This document shows positions 26,401 to 40,100 of a stretch of 64,000 bases of DNA, one piece after another. Positions within the stretch are counted from its first letter, which is position 1. Every line of letters starts with the position of its first letter. The position numbers and the translations under genes were made by a program. Under the pieces are notes generated by a model. It worked only from the letters and a program-made list of their open reading frames with translations. It was not told where the DNA came from and searched no databases. The DNA comes from Balanoglossus misakiensis (Eukaryota > Animalia > Hemichordata), in the NCBI GenBank assembly GCA_040954595.2, contig CM082583.2, forward strand, positions 10,181,656-10,245,655. The letters run 5' to 3'.

Positions 26401-28034
26401 TGCTGATCAAAAAAATAGTTTCATTTCTATTCCAGTTCCATCAAATGCCAGTGTTGATTACTTTTGGTGCAGATCCAACTTGTTCTTCTTCCAGTCAAAG
26501 AAAGTCATTGTATTTCTTTTAACTGTCTGTGTTTCTCGCTGTGTCTACCAGTCCGAAGTTGACCTGGCGTGACCTGCAGTACATCGTGGTGATCACGTCG
26601 CGGTCGGAAAATCTGAACAGCAACGACTGGACCACCAACGGTGCCGGCTACCACGTCAGCCCCTCCTTTGGCTTTGGTTTGATGGATGCCACTGCAATGG
26701 TGGAGTATGCGGAGAAGTGGGTGACTGTGCCAGAACAGCACATCTGTGAAGAACGGGCAATAACTAGTCCAGCGTAAGTGGTTTTTCCCTTCCCAGTGGT
26801 ACATGAGTACTCACATTTCTCAGTGAAAAAATTAACTGAACTCCAGGAGATTTCTATACCAATTAGGGGTATTTGCTGCCTGTTTAAAAATTGATTTTGA
26901 AAATTCAAAAATGTGTTTGTGTTCCCCGTTCCGCAGGGCAATTTCCAGCACTGGATTAACTCTGAAGAAGACAACCATGGGATGTGAGAGCAGCAAGAAT
27001 CACGTGTTGTATCTAGAGCATGTGCAAGCCAGGCTGACGCTGACCTACAGCCGGCGGGGGGATCTGGAAATCTACCTGACGTCGCCCTCAGGCACCCGGT
27101 CCATGCTGCTGCCCCAGAGGTCTCGGGATTCCGACACCAGGGAGGGCTACAGGGACTGGCCGTTCATGACCACCCACTGCTGGGGTGAAAGGTCAAGGGG
27201 CACGTGGGTGTTGGAGATTGTCAACAAAGGGGGTGTCCACAATACAGGTAAAATGCAGTGCGATGCAATCATTGTCTTTTTCTAAATCTTTTCTGTGAAA
27301 TTTCTGCCACAATTTTACCAAAACATTGTCATGATTAGAAAATGCGCAGAACAGGGACTGCTAATGTGACAAGAATGTTTTAATTGTATTCCAAACATTA
27401 TGTGATTGTGTCTGGTACAGATCGCATAAAGCTTGAACGGTTCCGAATTTTTTATACAATTAGCAGAGAATGATTGATTTTTTTAATAATCTTTTTTGCA
27501 GGTATGCTAAGAGATTGGCACTTGGTGCTGTATGGAACCGACGTGGATCCCTTGGAAACCTATCGCGCTGTCAACCAGACCATATCTGACACAAACATTG
27601 AGTGCCCCATGGGGTTCTTTGCATCGACCGAGGGCGCGGACAACGACACCGTCGCCTATCAGTGCGTGCCTTGCGACCGCACGTGCAGGACTTGCTCGGG
27701 CCCGGGTCCCAACAGCTGCCTCAGCTGCCATTTCTTCTATCACAAGCGTGACACCAGCTGCATCTTCATCGAGCAGCTCTCCCTGATGGCCAAGGGGTCG
27801 GGCGTGTACTACGTGATGGCCGTCTCCATGTGCCTGCTGGCCGTCGCCTTGTTCTTCCTCATCTTCGGCTGCCTGCAGGCGAAAAGCCACGGGTGGCTGT
27901 GCTGGAGGAAGCCTAACCTGACCCGCAAGATTGACCTCGGCAACTACAAAGGCCTCAACATTTCAGACGGGGACTACCTGGACAGCGAGGACGACGACTA
28001 CGAGGATAATTCAGAAGACATAGTGGACGAGTGA
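20472..28034 (+). CDS. FURIN: Furin-type subtilisin/kexin proprotein convertase (signal peptide, prodomain, S8 catalytic domain, P domain, Cys-rich repeat, TM, cytosolic tail), ~738 aa
   Basis: Exons: 20472-20642, 21495-21596, 22779-22874, 23002-23130, [23358-23434 OR 23815-23891], 25145-25233, 25535-25707, 25835-26047, 26294-26394, 26552-26773, 26937-27247, 27502-28034. Propeptide cleavage RKRVKR|D. Catalytic motifs [19 protein letters not shown] (oxyanion Asn), SGTSASAP. P-domain [28 protein letters not shown]. Tail has YKGL plus an acidic cluster ([13 protein letters not shown]), typical of furin. Confidence 0.93.
23358..23434 (+). CDS. Furin alternative exon 5a (77 nt): [25 protein letters not shown](K)
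   Basis: ctgcag acceptor, aa|gtaggt donor, phase 0-2. Joins exon 6 as AA+A=K-HGTRC. Confidence 0.9.
23815..23891 (+). CDS. Furin alternative exon 5b (77 nt): [25 protein letters not shown](R)
   Basis: ccag acceptor, ag|gtttga donor, phase 0-2. Joins exon 6 as AG+A=R-HGTRC. Same length as 5a and homologous to it. Confidence 0.9.
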
Positions 28035-31000
28035 GACAATGCAAACAAATATAACAGGTGCCAAAAATCAGAGTCAGGTCTCCGCCCACCTGTCTGTGTG
28101 TCCATCATAGCAATAAGAATAGGGCTTCTCAGAAGACTATTAAGTAAAATTTCTTTTCTATTGATGTATCAATCAGGCGCCAAGTAACTGTAGCATTAAG
28201 CAGGTGTGCTGTTAAAAGTATACAATCACCCTTAATTTACATATGCCCATATATGGGGTGTGTGTGTGTGTCTAAGTCTTCACATGACCATTTGGTGGAA
28301 AAAAAATTTCACTCCACGAAAAGCTGTGATTAGCTAGATCTCAGTTTTCCGTGGTAACTGTAATTGCATATGGCTGAAAACTATTCAGCATTATTTCTGA
28401 AGAAGATTGAGTTCTTGTGTGGAAAATGAGGCTACCATTTTGAACATATTTCTGTGACTTGCATTCTGTATACAAAAGCGACCAGCAAAAATCAGCCACA
28501 ACTGATCAAAAAAATTGTAAATACATTCCATGTACATATTTATCATCGGGCAATTATTAACTAATCTACACAATGACATAATGAATTTTAATTACTAAAT
28601 TAGGCCATTATCCAACCAAATCTCAGGCTCTCAGGAGGTGCACGTGTGTAATCATCATCACGGTTTTTCCTCAAAAATATTTTATTCGGAGGAAACTCCA
28701 AAAGTTTTGATATCTATTCGTCAAACACCAGTGGCAGTGTATAAATCCTGTGCTGATATACATGTACCACCATTTTAGACAATTATGCACCTTGATAATG
28801 AAAACATAAAATTAAAACAATTCTGAGATTGTATAATAGAATTTTTAGATGAAGACATGTGGGCACTTTTCAGATTGTGGGCCTCCCAGTACCCAAGAAA
28901 ACACCTAGCCAGATCCCTTGACTGCATTCTAGCTTTATAATCCTGAAGTAGATAAGTACATGCATGTCCTGCACAGACGTGGGACATTGCATTTTCAAGT
29001 GCCCTCTTCACGTGGGTGTCGCTGTTGGTAACAGACTCTCTGCACATCTGCCGTGTCCTGGTGCTTGTGAATTGAAGTGCTGTCATCTCGTTTCACCCTC
29101 TCATGACAATTCAGAGGGCGGTTTCCTGAAATCACTGAGGCAGTGAAGAGTTTTTTTTCCGGACAGAGTGACAAAGACAAATTTTGCCTAGGATGTAAGT
29201 GGTGGTGTAAAATGAAGGATAACCAAGGGATCTGAACGGTCGACCCTTTGCATGGAGTCTGCGACTGTCGATGTATAGATTCCCCAAAGGGACCAACCTA
29301 GATGCTTATTAAGAGCACAGCAGAGACGCAGAATAATGACTAAAACAGTGCAATGCACTCTGCTGCTGGTAGATTTCATGGTCATCAGAACATCATCTCA
29401 CCTGATCCCCTCAGTAGTGCAGTGCGCGCCAGTCTCTGGGATTATGTACAATGTCTGCCTTTTGCAGAGAGACAGTGACAATAGTGTATCATTTCTCTTT
29501 TCAATGATGTACATATATACATGGTTGTCTTCAATATTAAACAGAGATGATAAGTTACGTTGAGATCAACTAAATTGTACAAAGCATGGGCCAATTTTTT
29601 AATAAACAGGTCCAAAGTAAATACTGCAGTAGTATTTAATTTGTAACCAGAATTTAAGATACGATTATTACAATCAGAAATTGCAACATTTGTTATTCTA
29701 GGTCGAGTATGCAGATTTGTATGTCACAGAGCCTGATATTAAATACTAATTACCTGAGAATTATACTATTTCTGTGTGTAAATGAGTTGGGCAGGTATTT
29801 GACAACGTAGATTGGGCAGAAATATTAATTAAGTTTCCATTTTGCTTGTTGATTGAAAAGGGGTACTTAATAATCTTGAAATGTCAGAATCGCCACACGA
29901 GGGCGCTGTAACTTGTGTAGACAAAACTAAACAAGTCATTCCTTTGTTCAAATACCTTTCTCCATAAAGCAAAGCTGCAAGGAGAATTGTTTAATAAGAA
30001 TTGTAAATAGGAAAGTTTAATGTACTGATTTTTCCAGTCAAGTTTTTGCATGATCTTACGAAACATTTGGAGTTAAAAAAAGAGAACATTCTGTAGTTTA
30101 CGGTTACATTTTCCACATGTGATTGGAATATTCTGTTCTATATGTGCAAGAAAACACAGTTTCTGATGGACAGAAAGGACAGTAACCCACCTATATTTCA
30201 CCATTTGAATATTTGTCCTGTTCACCTTTAGCCGCTAAGCTTTCCACATTATTGTATTGTATTTTTTTTAATTGTATCATAATCATACAATGTACACCAC
30301 AAAACCACTTACCTGAGAAATCTAGAATATCTTTTTAAGTCCAAGCACATAGGTCACAGTCATTAATTTCTGTCTTTCTCTCATGTTCATTTTTTTTAGG
30401 ATTCTGTGACAATTATGCTTATGAAGCATGTACAATAATGTTCTGTTCAAAACCTTTGCATATTAGCACAAAAAGTATACAGATGTCTTAAACTGGAAAA
30501 TAGTTTGGGTCGATTTTTTTTTAGTTTGGGCATGTAGGGAAGTGGGAAGTGAAAGAGTTGCCAGAAGTAAAGAATAATATGGATATTACTGAAATAATAA
30601 TGAAATTGATTTTCTTTTGGTGTGGCAAAGTTGTGTACAGTTTTCAAACCATAGACACTTGTAGGGGTTTGATGGATTTGTAGAATAATCATTATTTTGC
30701 TCAATTGTACCTGGCTGATTGATGAATAAAATATTAGAACTAAAGGATATTTGGCACGAGTCATTGTTCCCATTGGCGTTGAAGAAACAGAAGGTAAAGT
30801 GCCTGGCACATTGGTCAGAGTGCATCAGAGTGCATCACTTAACTGATTTGAAGAATTGGTTGGTATGATATGCTTTTTATTCATGCTTTTATTTTAGTTT
30901 GTTCAACCAAACCTAAGTTGAACTTTTCACGAGTTGGTGTACGTGATTTATTGATTGAGTTAAAGGGTCTATAGAGTACTTATGTTTGCGATTAAACACA

Positions 31001-31167
31001 AGACCGTGTGATTTCAAAATGGATGAATGCGTGAGTATCATTCAACTTCCAGCGATTCTGTACCGGTGCCATAGTTATACAATTGTAAATAGTTATAAGT
31101 TGGACATATATGAAGAAATTTAACCAGGAAGAATCTGCCGACTGTTTGGATTACGATCCCGGCTGAT

Positions 31168-34100
31168 ATGGTAAGTATTTAATTCGAGAACACGCGATTT
31201 ATAAGTATAAATAGTGTTGTGACCGTTCTCGCCAGTGTGAACGTGAAGCGCTTGGTATTTTGTCCGAGGTCTCGGTACAACCTTGTATCGGAAAGCTGTA
31301 TATTGGGAGCTTGATAGCGTGTACCATGACTGCTAATAGCAGAGGCGTACTCGAACTGCTACTCCTCAGGCAGAGACGACTTGAACGCCATAGATGATGG
31401 TCGTGTACTTGCAGTTGTACGCCACGCCAGAGTCGTATACTACGTGCACAGTGCTGCATTGTCATGTACAAGTGAAAGAGACGGTCACTGCAACTTTGAC
31501 CATATATACCGCGTTGCATTTCAGCATTTCCAGTGCCAAAAGGCACCTTCACCTAAATATATGTCGTCACACCCGACACAAAATGCGTCGAACAATATTT
31601 CAGAGAACTTCGAACTGTCATAGTGTCAGCTGACCAGTGACCTGGAGGTGACCTCTGGCCAGTTGACCCCCTAACTTGCCTGGTTCACGTGATTAAATCA
31701 AATGTGTGTGACCAGTCCCTACACAGACTACACAGTCCCATTTATAAATTATATTTATGGTTCTGAAATAAAAAGCAGTTCCCAAGTACTTTAGTATAGT
31801 ACGTGTAGTTCAGTGAATGTGGGGCAGTGGCCATTTTTGTGACCTTATGTGACCTTACATTCTGATAAGTTCATTAGTATAGCTTGGTGATACATTTACA
31901 TTAATTTCAGAAAATAGTGACTCTGTCCACAACTTCAAGAGCAAGTTAGGCAATAATAGTTTTGCTAAATCTTTACGCTAAGTCCTTCCCTAAAAAATCA
32001 TATTCAGCCATTTCGGTCAACTGTGAAAAGGTAGCATTATTATAACTGTCATAAGTGAGGGCTTCTGTTTATTGTAGCCCTTGGGGACGGTTAGGAATTA
32101 CCTGGAAGAAATGGTACAATGCACTTATCTGGAAAGTCCCCAGGAGAGGGTAATTTCAGTGAATGAGTGATAATTTGCCTTCTCTGTGAGATACACACAC
32201 AATGTGTCAGATGCAGCCCAGAAGATAAATTATTGAAATTTTGTATGATGTCCCTAGATACAATTAGAATCCAAATGGCGCTATTATCAGTGGACATATA
32301 ATTAAGGCCACCGCACTGTTTTCATGCTATTTACTCTTTCACACATTACCTCCGCTAGGTTGTAGAATGACATTTTTGACAATTTTTCTTACTGAGAGGG
32401 AAAGAAACTTTAATCAGTCTGTTGTAAGGTAAAAGCTGTACCTGGCCAGCAGCAGAACATGAAACTGAAACCAAACATGACAGTAACCTTAGCCCTGTCT
32501 GCAGGGTTTGAGCAGGATGTGAGTTGGTACATGTCCATTAGGCCTTGCAACTAGAGTCGAGTCTTTCGTCATCTGAATTTACTCACTGATCTGCCCTGAT
32601 GTGTGTTGCGTAACTTGCTGGTAGACACTCACCCTGTGATGCTGTGTCGGAACACATCACAGGATTAATGGGGCCACCTCATACAGATACTCGAAATAAG
32701 ACACCACTAGATGTACTATATGTAAGCTCTTCCTTAAACCTACAGTGATATTATTACATGTAATAGTCCTGATACTGTTGCCAGTTGGCAAAATGAGAGG
32801 ACAATCAACTAGCCTTGTCAACACTGATATCAATTAGCATTTACTTGGTGGCTCATTTAATTCTCATTCAGCTAATGTGATTATGATGATGACGCTGATC
32901 ACAGATAACATTTGTAATTTGTGGCATAATTTCACTGTGGAAAATAGTGGATTTGGTCCAAAGGGAAGTGAAGGCGGTCAGACAAGATCTATGCAAACAA
33001 TTACATATAGACCGTATGGGACATGTGTTAACGGAAGCACTATCATATGACTTCTGTGTGTCAATAATTTAGCTGCTGGTTGTTTCCCTGTTTATACTTT
33101 AACCAGCTGTGTTTCAGAACATTGTATCTCTCTCAACTGGTGCCATGTATTCATGAAACGCACACAAAGATGAATAGTAATAGCGTAAAAATAACCAAAC
33201 TTTATTTTTCATTGAATCTAATATTTATCAGTTCTGAGTCGATATAGCTAGACTAAAAATAGCCTGACTCTTTTTGAATAATGGAACGATATACAATTTA
33301 TCAGATCTGAGTTTTGAAGTGAATTTTTGCATTTTGAAGAGTTTTTTATCAACTTGCCCTGGGTGATAAAATCCTGAGATGAGAGTGATTTATTGAAAGT
33401 TTTAAATGTATAGGTATGTTTGTCGCAATGTTCAGTGATTTACGGATGTTGTGATTGTAAATGTGTTCTCGTTCAAAAAATAATCCACGGATCATGACGT
33501 GATGAATTTAAAAAAGGTTCAAAGTATCCTGGCAATCCTTTGACATAATTTGCCACTAAAAAACCCCCACACCACCCAATAAACTGAAAAAAAGCAAAAC
33601 ATGTCTGCAGATAGACCTGAAACCGAATATAAATTATATGCAGTATTCAGTCCTCAGCTGCCGAGACACGTTGGGTGATTTACTCGGCATTTAATGCACC
33701 GATTTGATTTGGATCATCCTGAGAATTTCGCCGTTGTGTGGGTGCCAGTTTCCATGGTGACAGTTCGTTGATCCCTCTGAAGATGTGGAGCGTTGCAATT
33801 TCTCAGGCGAAGCAGAAGTTTCTGTAGATTTGGTCATCCGAAGAAAGCGACTTATTCACCCACCCAGTAATACTGCTGAGGAGTGATGGCGTCTTTATGC
33901 ACTAGCTTTTGTAATTTTCCGTGAATCTGGAGATTATGTCTCTCATGGACAATATATTCATTGTGTCAGTGTATTTAATGTATTGCCTGAAAGGTTGTGA
34001 AATATGTACACGTACATGCAAGTAGTTCAGAACAGCATGAATACTGAATATTCTATAGAATTTGGTCAAATTTCATTAAAATAATACTTTTTAATCTTGA

Positions 34101-37100
34101 AATTCATAGTGAACAATCATACCTAACTAAAAATCCTCAGTTTCAATGATTCGTTTCATTGCTGAAGAGTGCCGACCACAAAGTTTCAAGAACGTGAGAG
34201 TTCCATTTCTCAGTGAGCGTACTAATGAACATGTTGTAGTGAACATGTGTATTATAGAGAGAGAGTGCACTTTGCTAGATTCGGGGTAATGATGCAGTGA
34301 GTCACTCAGACCCCCGTAATGATGTGTTTTTGATAGGGCAAGGTACGCTTCACAAGGTACTGACTTTCATCCAAGGGAATAAATCTGCTCTGCATGTTCT
34401 TCATCAGGCGTGCAATCTCAGTGGGGAGATGAAGGAGAGAAGAGAAGAGGAGGCAGGGGATGCGGTGTCTGTATTTCTGTCTGGGGATCACTTCACCTCT
34501 CATGACCTGGAAGTGCTGGTCCTTTGATCTTGCTTCCAAGGTTCAATATAAATTAGGTGCTAAATTAATACACAATATGCAACCAGATCTGTGCGTGCCA
34601 AAGATTTTAATTCCAGCAAAGAAGTGTTTTATGTTGCCTGAAAACTATTAATTAATGGAACCATGATAGACTTGATTAATAGCTCTTAGTTTATAGGTTT
34701 TTTATAAAGGTAATAATAATACAGTATAGTCAAAGTTTATAGTGTTTTAGCAAGGTAATAATAAGTATATGTTTGTTAGACCTGAATTGTACTTGCAATT
34801 CACGAGAAAGCCTTTGGGCGATGAGAGAAGTATACACACATAGTTCATGTATGAAGATAAAACACACAGCTGGGTCTGGGTAATATAATGAGGATCACTG
34901 CTTCCATCTGCTAGGATCTGTAGTTTTTGTTACGGTAAATTCAATGGGTGATTTCAGTGACTTTATCGGATCATCTATAATGGTGGGCGCAGATGCGATG
35001 TAGCGGTATTGTCATCGTTTCCATTCATCGGACGTATCTTGCCATTTTCCGCTGCCTTTGTGAAATCCTTCTGCTGCTCTTTTGCCGGTTCGAAATCGGG
35101 AGAGCTCTCTGAAGAAAAAACAAACAAGTGCAGATATATGAACTCGGATTGGAACTTGCGGAGGTGTGAGTTATGAGCTTTTGTCGTCAGAATTGAAAAG
35201 TGGATGGAGTTAAACCTCTTAGTATTTAAATATTAAGGCCATTGGAAAAGATGGGTAAAGGATTAATTCTGCTGTGGTTGATAAGAGAAATAAAACAGTA
35301 TAGTGCATGTACAGTTATTTGAATTTCTTCAAGCGTTTAAAATTCTGTTACACACTACCTGATTTACGGGTGATTTTTGAATTTTCCTTTTCCAACCCGC
35401 TTTGATTATGCCGTCAATTTCAGAAGTGTATTATACATTTGACTTTATCTCATCAGGTTTCTTATAGAACCTGACAGCAATTTACTACCACAAGATTATT
35501 CATCGGGGGCGGGGGAAGGGGCAGAAATTTTACACAGAACTGATAAGATGGCAGAGGGATGTGCTGGATATATTTCTTGTTTGTCACTCAGTCATGGCTG
35601 TTGTCTGCGATATTTCATTATTTGTCAATTTTTTTCTAGCCCCACAATATATCTTTGTCCAGTTGTATCCGTGTTTTGTGTGAGGAGAAGATGGCTAACA
35701 CACAACATACACACAGATCACACATGCGGGAAATTCTTTTGTGGTTTAATTATCAGGTTTCAATGATATCCTATTATCAGGCATAACATCTAATCTCCTT
35801 GTTGCCGGTGCATTGCTAAGGAAACTTCACAATTATACTGGTACATGCACATGTGCGTCACTGAATGTTAAACACAGTTGTTGTAGAAGTCAAAGGTCAA
35901 GTTAGAAAGTGCTCTCAACTATATGTATCAAAGCCCACTTGGTCTTGCAATGATGTTTGTTCATGTGCTAATTACAGTAGATTATAATAAACTGAAAGGA
36001 CGTATAATTATATATGTGTACATGTATGTAGTAGTGTAGTTCTAGCACTGATGCAAGGCACTCCTATTTCTCTGCTTATTCAGTTTATATAACTCAGTTT
36101 ATACTGCGTGTACTGTACATTGACATTCTGGTATGCATTGATGAAAAGCAGAGATGTGCTAGATGCATTTGGAGACAAATTCTTTTGATGTCGCAGTAAA
36201 AGCAGCCTGACAGATGGAGTAATCATCGCTCCACTCCATTTAACATCAAACATCATCCCACTTCCAATCGCCGTCAAATCTATATGCACACTACATTTCA
36301 CACGGACACAGTTTTCACACTTTGCACGTCTTTCACTTTTTTGTAGGCTCAGAGAAGTTGGATAGAGAGGACCTTCACCAAGAGGGATTGTGTGAAATTT
36401 GTGGGAAACGTGGGCGAGCCAAGACGGTAAGTTGCAATCAGAAGGTCTGGAAAAATGCTGACTAATTTATTCATTAAAGCTAAATATAAATCTACCTTAC
36501 GACGGCTGCGTGTGTAGCCCTGATGTTTGGAGGCAATGTTAGCCCAGTGTTTAATACAGCAGAAAAGAAGACACACTCTGTACTTTGTCTATTGGTGTTC
36601 CATCTGTTCCAAGAAAAGATACTGCAGTCTAGTCCAGCCATAAACTGTGAATATAATACCCAGAATACCCGGAAAATGTCCATTTTTCATGGTAAATGTC
36701 AAATGCCACACAACGAAGCTGTGATCGATAAGTGATATTTTGCAGCACAGAAAGTAACCAAATCTCCATTAAAAGTGTGTTAGGTGCCTTCTGAAATGCC
36801 CATCCATCTTCAAACAGATTGCAGACTTCATGTCCGCAGTTGTGAAAGCACTTCCATTGAGCCATGTCCAACTTATTTCTAATTACATGAACTCAAGACT
36901 AGCAGAGACGATTTGTTTCATTGCCTTAGAAACACGGGAAAAATAAAATGATAAAAACAGTTGTGTAGTGTAGATGAATAAATGTTTGACTGGGGTTTCA
37001 AGCAAAACTGAAAAACTGACATTTTCGACAAATTCCAACTGTGTGGTCTGTAAGAGCAAGTTTTTTTCCCTGTGACTAATTTTGCCTCTTCTGACCAAAC

Positions 37101-40100
37101 TCAGTATCAGATTTGTACAACATATGATGTGCAGGGCATTTGATGACGTGCTCGTAAAATAGACAAGGCAACATACATGTATGTATGCTAATCTTCTCCA
37201 TTAGGTGATTACTTACTCGGGTGCATTCCAAGGAATGAAACGGGAAATTCCCTTCCTTGGAAACTGTTCAAAGCAGAAATTAATGACGCTGTTTTGGATC
37301 CAGCAGTTTGATTCATGTGAAACGCAGTTCTTATTGCATGTAAAGGTTGGACTCAATAACTGCAATGATGTCTGGTATTCCACGAAAAAGTGGGAAATAA
37401 AATTTTAATGATGTTCGGGTGTCTTTGATATATATCATAAATTCAGAGCTTCCGCCTTCTTAGATTATTATTAAAAAAATTGAAGGACGGAAAAAAGTCA
37501 GAAAAGATTTCTGAAGGTTTGGACAAATTTGTTGTTTTTGAGGGAGACGGAAAAAAGTCAATTGTCTACATGCTGTGTTGATATGCTGCCAGTCTTTCCA
37601 GTCCAATTGATTTCTCAGCTTAAGAGACTGTTTGTCTTGAGAATACTCGTTTTTTTCTCTCCAATTAATTATGATTCTGCGCCAGGTTTGCTTTCCACAG
37701 AAGCGGTGATTTCCAATCTGCCTTTTATGTATGGCTTTGAATACATTGGTTACGTTCTTGGCAAATCATTCTGCAGTGCCAGCAGATTGCCGGCATTCAT
37801 ATATTAATCACGTCAAAGTCGTCTGGGATAGTCGTGAGATAATTCACTTTACTGGAGGTCTACAAAAGTGTATTTTGCCTGAGGGCTGCAGGATTAGTTC
37901 ATAATAATCCTCGGGAAAAAATAGGAGAACCGTTTGTAGTGGAAATGACTGACGGACATTTCTCTTGACTGGCTTAGCCAATTTCATTTATATCAGTGTT
38001 TTTTTTATTGGTATTATGTGTGACGCGTTACGTGACCCTGCGAAGTGTGTGTTCCGCGTATACTGCTCTAGGTGTTGACTGATTGAAAAGCAACACACAA
38101 CTTTATTCAGGTTTATCGCTTCGCCTACTGCAGCTGAAATTAAGAATTGTTTTAAATCTAGAAGTAATAACATTGGCTGACGGGAATTCTGGATTGATAC
38201 GGGGATTTAAAAGCGACTATAAATTATTTCTCCCAGAACGTTGTACATTTTTTTTCTGCTGTGGGATGGGAGGTGAGGCCATTTGGAAAAGTCATGCGTA
38301 AAGTTATATTCATGAAACAGGTCTACATAGGATATTAAGGAAGGATTTGTGGTAATAGAGTTTGAGCTAAAATAATTAAAATTTGTGAAGAAAAGTTAAA
38401 CAGAGCCGCAGCGTGTATGTATGTATTCTCGGAATTATTCTGAATTTGTTTTTATGGTAAACTTTTATAAAAAAGTATATATATATATCAGCTCTTTTAT
38501 GCCCTTTCAGGTGTGGATGTGGTCGATTGTTTGTCAACCATGCACATTTAACCCAAACAACTCACCTCAAGTCAGCGAGCAAAGAGAAATGGAGCATCGA
38601 GAATCATACCAATATCAGTCCCACGGATGCGTATGGTTTGTTAGAATTCAAAGGTGCAGGGCAAGCAAACAAGGCTCAGGTAACGTAAAGTTGCGGCAAT
38701 GCTACCTTGAGGAGCATCGTTTGATATTTAGTTTCTGCCTTGTCAAGCTCTCTTGGCATTTCACATCAATCCCTTGTGGGTAATTATGGATTAGTCTTGA
38801 GATAGTGAGTTGACAGAAATGTTCTAGAATTAGCAACAATTAGCGATTGAAGCGAAGTGTTCTGGGATTTGCTCTGGATTCACATTTCAGTTTGAATCAC
38901 AAAAGTTTTTTTTGGGATATTCCGTTTCAGTACATCCGCCTGTCTTCCGACACCCAACCGGACGCCATCCTGCAGCTGTTCCAGAACGAGTGGAAGTTGG
39001 AACTCCCCAAACTGGTCATCTCCATACACGGTGGGATACAGAATTTCGCTCTGCAGCCCAAGCTGGTGAGGGTCTTCAGCAAAGGTTTGCAGAAGGCCGC
39101 AAAGACGACTGGTGCTTGGGTGTTGACTGGCGGAACTAACACAGGTCGGGGCCTCTTGATATTTTCTCCGCTGTTGTTGCTGTGGCAACAGCGTTCTGAA
39201 ATGTTTCGTTCTGATCCATTTGCTGTGCTGTAAATACCTTTACGAGGCGGCATCGTTTTACTCGTGCCAGATTGTGAAGTGTCAGATCCATGATTATCTC
39301 ATCAAATTTAATTTTCTTTAAATTGTATATTTATTTTCCAGGTGTTACTGTTCACGTTGGCGATGCTCTCAACAATCGATCTGTCTCAATGCACGGCAGA
39401 ACCGTGACGATCGGCATCGCTCCTTTTGGGGTCCTGCTCAACAGAGATAACCTTCTGGGAAGAGACGTAGGTTCTCATCTGTTGTCATAGCAACACACAG
39501 TTTGTTAAAGTGTTTGCTCGACTCTGTCTCGGAGATGGTCGGAGCATGACCTTAATCAATTCCAGTAGTGTGCTTCAGAAAGTTTTTTTTTTCGTTGAAT
39601 ACATTATCATGGCTTCTCTGTTGAAAATTGTGGTTTTAAATTATCACCGACAGAAATGATAGTTTGAAATTCTAAGAAACTGTGCGAAGCAAAGTCAATT
39701 TTTTTTACCAGATATTTGTGTGAATACTGTGTACAGTGCACATTAAATTGTTTGTCATCCACCAGTAATGCAACATCTTTATCAGACTCCTTTATATGTT
39801 TTACCATGTTTGTTCTTTTTCACAATGCAGGTTGTGAAGCCGTATTACACAGTACCATGTCCGACTTCCAAAGGAGCCATTCTGAACAGCAGTCACACCC
39901 ACTTTCTCTTGGTTGACAACGGAACGGTGGCCAACTACGGCGCCGAAATAATGCTGCGTCGGAGACTGGAGAAATTCATCTCGCAGCAGAGAATCAGCTC
40001 CAGTAAGTTGTCTTTGTAGTAATCACACTCAGCAAAACATACATTTTGTATGAGGAACGATGTATGGAGCCTGACTCGTCTCAGGAATCCCCACCTGCCC

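Noticed and set aside
27507-27890. Long antisense and alternative-frame ORFs over the last furin exon, and similar ones at 50011-50887 over TRPM
   Set aside because: Shadow ORFs caused by high third-position GC in real exons, with no protein-like signal.
35085-35100. GGTTCGA B-box-like motif (a similar one lies near 7200) suggesting a tRNA or SINE
   Set aside because: No cloverleaf and no properly spaced A-box.
34289-35170. Alternative TRPM first exons (ATG-ATG-CA|gtgagt at ~34289, and ATG at 35138 with donor at 35166)
   Set aside because: Phases are incompatible with the phase-0 acceptor at 36347, and there is no other support.
37486-37560. 15-bp direct repeat GACGGAAAAAAGTCA, 60 bp apart
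   Set aside because: Only two copies in an intron. It is not an array or CRISPR and has no transposon hallmarks.
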